Positions 55,295 through 64,000 of a DNA stretch of 64,000 nt are shown one piece after another. The stretch lies in contig OZ024754.1 of assembly GCA_964016885.1 (NCBI GenBank), positions 4,278,001 to 4,342,000 of the forward strand, in the 5' to 3' direction. This stretch comes from Eledone cirrhosa. Taxonomy: Eukaryota. The position numbers and the translations under genes were made by a program. The notes below the pieces were generated by a model that ran no database searches, was not told where the DNA came from, and saw nothing but the letters and a program-made list of their open reading frames with translations. The first letter of the stretch is position 1, and every line of letters begins with the position of its first letter.

Positions 55295-55419
55295 AAGACA
55301 TATATGCAAATATATATATACATGTATATACATATATACATGCATATACATATATATATATATGTATTCATATATGTGAATATGTGATTTCCAATGAAGT
55401 CCACCTCTTCTTAGACATT

Positions 55420-55715
55420 TACTCAGTCAGTCTCATGTTGTGTATTTGTCCCTTCCGACGACCACTGATCTAATTACTATAAAATAACGAAACAACCTAG
55501 AAGTGAAATTAACATGCAAACGACTGTGGTTTTCACAGACACGTGTATCCTAGGCCTAGTTCTCGGGGAGAGTCAGCGTGATACAACATGTGACTGGGAT
55601 AACGTGAAACAAATTTTACAAATTTTTCCTGCTCAGCCACCACACGGGTGACCGGAGATAGAACGCATGTCCTTAGAACCGAGTACTATAAGTACTAAAA
55701 CCTTGTGCCTTCACA
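55420..55715 (-). mobile_element. Old tRNA-headed SINE (third family)
   Basis: Central block gtgaaattaacatgcaa...cacagacacgtgtatcc...cagcgtgatac; decayed tRNA-like head at the right end. Confidence 0.5.
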
Positions 55716-56767
55716 CCCACCGTCATACACCACGGCACACCGTCACTAAAATATTATACAGCCTCACCCACACTCATGCACCATCACTGATCCCTCATAC
55801 ACGCCCCTCAGCCTCTCCCTCACCCTTATACACGTAGAAACACAACCCCAAACACACACAGACACACACACAAACACCTTCATTCACCCTCATGCACGTT
55901 GATACACAGCCCTCCACACACAGATACACACACCTCCTCTCACCCTCATACATGTACATACACAGCCCCACACACATAGACACCTCCCTCAACCTCTCAC
56001 CCACTCCCATACACGTAGATACACCTCCACACACAAATACATACCCTCACTCGTCCACATACACGTTGATGCACCACGCCACATACATACACACAAACAC
56101 ACACACAGCCACATGCACCCTCATACCCATAGATACACCTTCACACATACACGTTGATACACCCCACCACACAAAATACAATACACACCCTTATTCGTCC
56201 ATATGGACGTTGATACATCCCCACCACACACAAACACACTCACACTGATCCTCATCCACATTCATATACCCCTCACCCCACACCAACCTACCCACCCATA
56301 CACTATACCCCACCCCACACCCACCTACCCACCTATACACTAAGCTTCACATAAGATGATCTATTTTTCATTACTTTCTCTATATGTCCAGCATGACGCC
56401 TTTTTTTTTCTTTTTTTTTTCTCTAATACGTTTTATTTAATGTTTACTTTTATTTTCTATATTCTTCCCCTTTTTCTCCATTTTGGCCGCTATGTCCCTA
56501 ATGAAGCATTAAATCACCACAGTAGTGGACGACAGTTCTGAAGCCAAGTGTCCTTCCTTAACATGGAGCACGCTGTTAAAACAATCAGTCATTTATGGCA
56601 AACCGATTGCTTCATTGAATTATATTCCAATCTAGTTCTCCAGTTGGAAGTACACCATTGTTACTTACTCTAAACTAGGCAATATATGTAAGTAGTGAAC
56701 CAATGGAAGCATCCAGGCATCAGGCAGGCAACACGGCACCACCGGATAAGTGGCTTATATAAATAAA

Positions 56768-56776
56768 TAGTAGTAA

Positions 56777-56819
<43 letters not shown>

Positions 56820-57415
56820 TGTTGTAGTAATAGTGGTAATAGTAGTTGGTGTGGTGGTGTTGTAGTAGTGGTGGTGACGATGGTAGCAGGGCTAGTAACA
56901 GTAGTTATAATAGTAGTAGTGATAGTAGTAGTAGTAGTAGTCGTAGTAGTAGTAGTGGTGGTGGTGGTAGTAGTTGTTGTAGTAGTGGTAGTAGTTGGTG
57001 TGGTTGTGACGATGGTGGTAGGAGTAGTAATAGTAGTTATAATAGTAATAGTAGTGATATTAGTAGTATTAATAGTAGTAGTGGACGTAGTGGTTTTAAT
57101 CTTCGTGGCTATGTGGTGGTTGCAGTAGTAGTACTAGTAGTAGCAGTAGTAGTTATGCTGGTAGTAGTAGTAACAGTAGTTACAATAGTAACAGTAGTTA
57201 TAATAGTAGTAGTAGAGATAGTAGTAGTGGTTGTGTTGGTGTTAATAGTCGTGACCATGTGGTGGTTGCAGTAGTAGTAGTACTAGTAGTTATGATGGTA
57301 GTAGGAGTAGCAGTAACAGTAGTTATAATATTAGTAATATTAATAGTAGTGGTCATGTGGTGGTTGCAGTAGTAGTACTAGTATGTGTTGTAGTAGTACA
57401 CGTAGTAGTAGTAGT
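56768..57415. repeat. (AGT/GGT)n tract with internal duplications
   Basis: atgtggtggttgcagtagtagta occurs three times. Confidence 0.95.
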
Positions 57416-57616
57416 ACCGATAGAGCGTTGGACAATTTACTGTGGCATAGAGTTACATCCCTTTATGTTCTGAGTTCAAATCCTACCGAGATTAGCTTTG
57501 CCTTTCATCCTTACGAGGTCAATAAATTAGAGCACCAGTAATATACTGGGGTGGATTTAATCGACTTTCCCCTCCCTTTCACACTGCTGGCTTTGTGCCT
57601 AAATTAGAAACCATTA
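57416..57616 (+). mobile_element. Main SINE, long variant (diverged)
   Basis: ctgagttcaaatcctaccgag...gatttaatcgactttcccctccc...tagaaaccattatt. Confidence 0.85.
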
Positions 57617-57632
57617 TTATAGGGTTATATAT

Positions 57633-57916
57633 GGCCCGTGTGAGGGGGCCTATTCTGATCATGCGCCTGTAGGAAGGTGAATTTGGGGAGGAGAGGGGTG
57701 CCCTTCCCGGGTGCTCTCGAAGCGCCGGGTAGTTCAGGATTGGTGGGATACGTGAGTGAAACCTGGGTGGTTATTGGGGAATTTTCCTTGTATTTTTATT
57801 GTTATTTTGTTTTTGTTATTTATATTGTTTACACGTTGTATATGTCAACCCCCACTGTCCTGTCTTTTGTATTGTCCCCTATATCTCGGTCCATGCGGCC
57901 AATAAATGAAACTATC
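57633..57916 (+). mobile_element. 5'-truncated LINE 3' end with a 16-bp TSD
   Basis: TSD ttatagggttatatat (57617-57632, 57917-57932); AATAAA at 57901. Begins with ..ARVRGPILIMRL*, possibly an ORF2 C-terminus (L1/Tx1-like, inference). Confidence 0.8.
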
Positions 57917-57938
57917 TTATAGGGTTATATATATATAC

Positions 57939-58135
57939 AGGAAAAATGTTAACCCCGACGGCAGAGCGAGCTCGATCTGTTTCGAAGGCTATTTCTGGAC
58001 GCCACAAATAGCCGTCGAAACGGCTTGAGCTCTGCCGTCGTGGTTAAACTTTTTCCTATTACCCACTCTACTACCCTAAGTATTGAGTACTCTGGTGCGT
58101 TATGGTCCATCTGGTTCCTTACCACACCTCCTTCG

Positions 58136-58138
<3 letters not shown>
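57939..58138 (+). mobile_element. Element family C: 119-bp palindrome plus tail, HHR 3' half
   Basis: Palindrome 57939-58057. GAAA(58017-58020) CGGC uugagcucu GCCG UC^. CUGANGA is not intact at the inversion junction. The tail matches 4189-4275. Confidence 0.72.
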
Positions 58139-58180
<42 letters not shown>

Positions 58181-58394
58181 ATTGTTTAGAACGCGGCGAG
58201 CGACGGCTAGAATTGAAATAGAAGTTTCAGCGTATCAATGATATAATATAGTCTAGTAATGGGTCATATAAAGCATCGATTTCTCTTTTAATTCATATAT
58301 ATCCATCACTAACCAATAAGCGTAATGAAGGTGTTTAACCACTAGTCCTTGTTTTACATTATATATATATGTATATATATTTATATATATATAT

Positions 58395-58654
58395 ATAAAT
58401 ATATACACACATATATATATAAATACACACACACATATATATATAAATACACACACACATATATATAAATACACACACACACACATCTATATATAAATAC
58501 ACACACACACACACACACACATATATAAATACACACACACGCACACACACATATATAAATACACACACACACACACACATATATATAAATACACACACAC
58601 ACACACACACATATATATAAATACACACACACACACACACACATATATATAAAT

Positions 58655-58691
<37 letters not shown>

Positions 58692-58722
58692 AATACACAC
58701 ACACACACATATATATATAAAT

Positions 58723-58765
<43 letters not shown>
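58395..58765. repeat. Minisatellite (atatataaata-(ca)n), about 12 copies
   Basis: Directly visible. Confidence 0.93.
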
Positions 58766-58770
<5 letters not shown>

Positions 58771-58996
58771 CCTTTTACTGTTTTGATAAAAGGTTTAGCA
58801 TAACATGACATCTCTTTCCTTTTACGTAATTATTTTCACCAGAGATATTTTCCTGTATTATGTCCATATATTTGGTACACCACGTCTTCTGGCTTTTATT
58901 GTTGTTTCGTTTGTCTCATCTCACACCTCACTGAACTGTCCGTTAAACAGTTTTCCTTTTCCTTTCAAGCAATGCCCGTTATATTTGTTAGACACA

Positions 58997-59039
<43 letters not shown>

Positions 59040-59107
59040 GTGTATATATATATATATATTTATTTATTTATTTATATGTATGCATATATGTATATTGATC
59101 AATGGAG

Positions 59108-59280
59108 TGATAGATAGATAGCTACATAGATATATAGATATATAGATAGATAGATAGATAGATGATAGATAAATAGATATTTGCCACAGGGGTGTACAAA
59201 AATCGGACATTACAAGACGTGACAGCGGGTTTTTTACATAAAATCTTTAACAATGATTAATAATAATAAACTATATATAA

Positions 59281-59333
<53 letters not shown>

Positions 59334-59550
59334 CAGATAGACAGATAGATAGATAAAACAGATAGATAGATAGATAGATATCTTTCTTTATTTGCCACAA
59401 GGTTGTTTCTGTCGCAGAAACGACAAAGCGGAAAGACAACGCTTCGTGGTTTCTGCGACGGAAACGCCCTTATGGCAAATAAAGAAAGATTTATCTATCT
59501 ATCTATCTATCTGATAGATAGATCGATAGATAGATAGATAGATAGATAGA
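59108..59550. repeat. (GATA)n region containing a fold-back of about 110 bp (59380-59490)
   Basis: atctttctttatttgcca.aagg..gtttc.gtcgcagaaac / gtttctgcgac.gaaac..cctt.tggcaaataaagaaagat, with mirrored GATA/TATC flanks. Confidence 0.88.
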
Positions 59551-59582
59551 AATATTCCAAACAGTAATATTTAATTAAAGCT

Positions 59583-59771
59583 AGGGCGGTAGATTGGCAT
59601 TATCAGTAGAGTCGGACACTATACTTTGCAGCATAGAGTTATGGCCCTTTACACTCTGAGTTCAAATCCTGCCGAGGTTAACTTTGCCTTTCATCCTTAC
59701 GGAGTCGATAAAATAAAGTACCAGTAATGTACTGGGTTATTTGCTGGCCCTGTGCCAAAAGCAGAAACAAT
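59583..59771 (+). mobile_element. Main SINE, short variant, full length, with a 12-bp TSD
   Basis: TSD tatttaattaaa (59568-59579, 59772-59783). Confidence 0.92.
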
Positions 59772-60811
59772 TATTTAATTAAAACTTTTTAAATAATTTC
59801 AGAAATAATGAAGGAGGTTTAAAGCTTTCTCTGCAACACGTGTAGCTCATGAGATGTTCCTGCCGACAAATCGTTTAGTGCCCCAGAAGGAGGACAGTTA
59901 AGACATGTTGATAACGAAATCATTTGGCAATGTTTTCCTTTGATTACTCACACAAGTTTCTATTTCACAATTCGGTATTTAACCCGCTGCATCCTCGTTT
60001 GTCCCCCAACGTCGCTTATCTTGCCAGTTAGAAAGAGAATATTGTTTATGAGGCACACAACGTTCTCTTCCTCCTCTCTCTAACTAGCATCCTCGTTTCC
60101 TCTCACTCTACATCTCCCTCAAGCACCTATCGTCACACTGATACGACGACACTTGGCAGGAGGAAGAAGATATATTCATTTGATTAGCGTGAGATATTTC
60201 CGCCTCTATCCATCTATATACATACAAACATGTATACATGTATACGACAGCTCAGTTTGTACCCAAAACCGATGACAGATTAGATCCGATAAAGCACAGT
60301 TTACACACTGCCCTTCCATCGTCATTGAAGCAAAGTTGACAGAAGCCAAGCCAAAACAAGACTATACAAGACAAGGCATGTTGTCTAATTGAGGAAACTG
60401 ACGTCTGCATGCAATTTTCGCAGTAACATTTGCAGCGACTGCCAAAAGCCTACACGCTTTCTCTCCCTGATTGGCAACGAGTATATAAATGCCAGGATAT
60501 GAAAGAGAATCTGCCTATTTTTATATTCTTCGTCTCAATGGAAAATCAGCTGCCGCACTGACCAGGTCAAGTGTGCACCTTATAATAACTCTAGCAAGCG
60601 AAATGTGTGAATGAAAGATTGATTGAGTGGTAAGCAGAAGGTGTGGGTTAGAAGGCTTGTGGGTTACGTATTTGCTTTGCATTTACGTTACATGAACGCT
60701 TCTCTCGTAAGCTTCAATGATGTGAACACAAAGTAGGATTTATTACCAGAAATATCATCTTTAACAGCTAACAAAAATATAAAAATATCCACCGGTGAAT
60801 ACATAAATATA

Positions 60812-60856
<45 letters not shown>

Positions 60857-60909
60857 CTGCAGTAATAGTAGTGGTACAACTACTACTAGTAGTAGTAGTA
60901 GTGGCAGTA

Positions 60910-60987
<78 letters not shown>

Positions 60988-61060
60988 GTGCAGTAATAGT
61001 AGTAGCAGCAGTAGTAGTGGTACAACTACTATATTACTAGTAGTAGTAGTAGCGGTGGTA
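60812..61060. repeat. (TAG)n tract
   Basis: Directly visible. Confidence 0.97.
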
Positions 61061-61249
61061 GTCGTAAAAGCAGCAGCAGCAGTTTTGGTTGAGAGAAGAA
61101 AGGAAAACAGAATTACACACTTCTCATTCATAAAATTTGATGATGGTGATGGACTGGTAGTTTATAGCTATGAATTAACAGCCTGCAGTCTATTCGTATA
61201 ATTCATTGAGCCATGTTTATGATATCATATGTTAATATACGCAAATCTG

Positions 61250-61293
<44 letters not shown>

Positions 61294-61706
61294 AAATATC
61301 TACCCTTTTATTTATCTTTCGTTCTCTCTCTGTCTTTCTTCCTTCTTTCTTACCCTCCTACAATTGTTTATCCTTTTATTCCTTCGGTTTCTCTCTCACA
61401 CTCTCTTTCTTCACTCATTTTACCCTCGTTTATTGTCTCTCCTTCCTCCATTCTATCTCTATCTGTCTGTTACTCTCTCTCTCTCTCTCTCCCTCCTCAC
61501 ATTCACTCTTTCTCTCTTTCCTCCTTTCTCTCTCTTGCCATATTTACCTTTTATTATCTCTTTATCTCTCTTTTAATTGTTATATAACTTAACCATCCTA
61601 TATGTACCAATAAATTCCTATATGTTGATCACCTTAGAGCAAAAAGTTAATCTTCTGGAATAGCCCGAATCTGTGATATACTTTCAATTCCCTAAAGACG
61701 TATTGT

Positions 61707-61838
61707 CGCTGAGGTTAACTTTGACATTCATCCTTACGGAGTCGATAAAATAAAGTACCAGTAATGCACTGGATTCGATTTAATCGACTTTTCCCTCCCC
61801 TTAAATTGTTGGCCTGGTGCCTAAATAAGAAACCGTTA
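61707..61838 (+). mobile_element. Main SINE, long variant, 5'-truncated
   Basis: cgctgaggttaactttg...gatttaatcgacttttccctcccc...gaaaccgtt. Confidence 0.88.
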
Positions 61839-61857
61839 TATTATATTATACTATATA

Positions 61858-62042
61858 TGGATTGGCAGTATCGGTAGAGGGTCGGACGCCATGCTTTGCA
61901 GCACAGAGTTACGCCCCTCTACAGTCTGGGTTCAAATCCCGCTGAGGTTAACTTTGCCTTTCATCCTTACGGGGTCGATAAAATAAAGTACCAGTAATGC
62001 ACTGTGGTAATTGGAGGCCTTGTGCCAAAAGTAGAAACAATT
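61858..62042 (+). mobile_element. Main SINE, short variant
   Basis: tggattggcagtatcggtagaggg...tagaaacaatt. Confidence 0.92.
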
Positions 62043-62457
62043 ATATATATATAAAGATTATATAACAGGCTGAATGAGTTGGGGTGCATAATCTAACGAA
62101 ACTTTACCTGTATATGTCGCTGGTGTAACTAATTTTCATTAATTCGTCCTATGGACTGAATGTTCTTAACCTATATATACAATTATATCTGTATATTTCT
62201 AACTGTTGGTCAATTAATGATAAACATTGATTACCAGATTAATTAACTATGGAGATATAAATGATACAGAAGCGAAACCAACCCAAACCAAACAGTGAGT
62301 GTCTTTTATTATTATTTCTGGCAATATTATAACAATATGACCCTCCCCAAATATAACAATATATAGGCTTAAAAATGGAATGAGAATAAGAAGAAAGCAA
62401 GAACGGGGTGGGGGAGTTTTCCTCATCAGTTGTCTACGTTTCAACGCTTTAAAGACA

Positions 62458-62495
<38 letters not shown>

Positions 62496-62496
<1 letters not shown>

Positions 62497-62754
62497 AAGA
62501 TGAAATCGAAAATGCAACTGGAGTCTTATTTTTAAAAAAAATATATATATTTATTTGGTTCCTTTACCGGTTTCGCAGTTCTTCTGCTTTTCAAAAGTAG
62601 AGTTGAGATGGAGGGTCTGTGGTTTTTCTCACAGACCCTCCATCTCAACTCTACTTTTGAAAAGCAGAAGAACTGCGAAACCGGTAAAGGAACCAAATAA
62701 ATATATATATTTAAAAAAAAATAAGACTCCAGTTGCATTTTCGATTTCATCTTT
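62496..62754. mobile_element. Near-perfect 259-bp palindrome carrying a variant HHR in each arm (family H)
   Basis: Arms 62496-62621 and 62630-62754 with an 8-nt loop; they differ only in a T/A homopolymer run. Confidence 0.85.
62654..62689 (+). ncRNA. Minimal hammerhead motif with U3-A8 core covariation
   Basis: CUU UUGAAAA GCAG-AAGAA-CUGC GAAA CCGG UA^ AAG. Helix III is the palindrome ACCGGU. A mirror copy lies on the minus strand at about 62562-62597. Confidence 0.62.
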
Positions 62755-64000
62755 TTTTCTTTATACTTTCACTCGTGTAGGACACCTCGGTTATTTTTCA
62801 TTTTGTAAAAAAACCCCTCACTTTCTAATATATCTCTCTCTATATATATATGTGCCCAGAGATATTGAGATAGAACACCATTAACTAAGAAGGGTGATTC
62901 TGACTCGAATGAAATCGTTTGCAAACATATAGAATAAATGCGCACACCTTCGTCCGTTTATTTCGTCATAATTTTATTTGAGTTCAATTTTAGAACTTTC
63001 TTCTGGGATAGTTGTGTTCGTGTGTGACGGGCGGAAACATGTTGTACAGTTAATATAATATAGATTGTTAATATTATTATTATCATCATCATCGCCGGTT
63101 GTTCTCGCGCTGTCGTAACAGCCGGATGTGAAATGCAAAAGACATATTGTGTGTCAGGATGGCGCCCCTACGTCTCCATTAGGGGTTAAGGACCTTTTTA
63201 CATTTACCTATATATATAATTAATCTTACGTTTGCATGCAACAAAATACATGCACACACACACACACACATATGTGTGTGTGTGTATAATTAATCTTAGG
63301 CCTTATTACATACATGCATCGAAATACACACACACACACACACACACAATGTGAGTGCGCAATAGCCAGCAGACAAGAAATACACTCACACCCTGCACAC
63401 ATAGAGAGAAAGACCAACAGACACACCGACAGACAGGCAGGCATACATACATACAGACAGACACGGGTACATGCGGACAAACTGACAAACTGACAACAAG
63501 CAGAAGGACCAACAAACGTATACATACATACAGCATGTAAAAACAACAACAACAACAACAACAAAATAGACCATCATTTAGTGACATCCTTATGTTTCCC
63601 TCCCTCTACCAACCCTCCTCCTTTCGATGGTAGCAGTGAGAGGTGTGGCGATCCATGCTCGAGAGTTTATTCTCATTGTTTTCTTTTCGCTTCGTTTTAT
63701 TTGTTATTATTATTATTTTTTCTATGTTTACTATTTATATATTATTGTTTTCCGTATTTTCATCTGGCATTCATCTAATCCGCTCAGTTGTCCTTTGCCG
63801 AAGAAAGAAGGGCAAACATATGCCAAGAGGCCATACAGAGGCGGTAGTATACACTATGATTAAAGACTTTCACCTGATCTATCGCGTTTCATTGCTTACG
63901 ACGCCATTTTGTTTATATATTTTATTTATTTATTACTAGTTTTATATTCTTTTATATCATTTATTTTGTCTTTTCTTGTTCCTATGGGATGGGCGGTAGT

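Noticed and set aside
58395-58765. CRISPR-like regularly spaced repeats
   Set aside because: Spacers are (CA)n, the context is eukaryotic and there are no cas genes.

Overview
AT-rich, microsatellite-saturated eukaryotic non-coding DNA. The repeat content resembles that of an octopus or other coleoid cephalopod (inference from memory of these families, not a database result). No protein-coding gene can be supported: the long ORFs in the track are translations of (TA)n, (CA)n, (GA)n or trinucleotide repeats. The window holds more than 25 copies of one tRNA-like SINE (short and long variants, several with target-site duplications), older SINE families, a hAT MITE with an 8-bp TSD, a piggyBac-like MITE, a TIR element with a duplicated end, Tc1/mariner-like ends, 5'-truncated LINE tails and several minisatellites. 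The most striking signal is a set of about 8-9 sequence-unrelated short elements embedded in (TA)n tracts that carry complete or partial type I hammerhead ribozyme (HHR) motifs. Most are head-to-head palindromes with the ribozyme reading outward. They include one fully canonical HHR (45030-45108), a U3-A8 core covariant (62654-62689) and a 440-nt terminally repeated unit (2124-2624). This fits non-autonomous Penelope-like or retrozyme-type elements. Ribozyme activity and novelty are untested.
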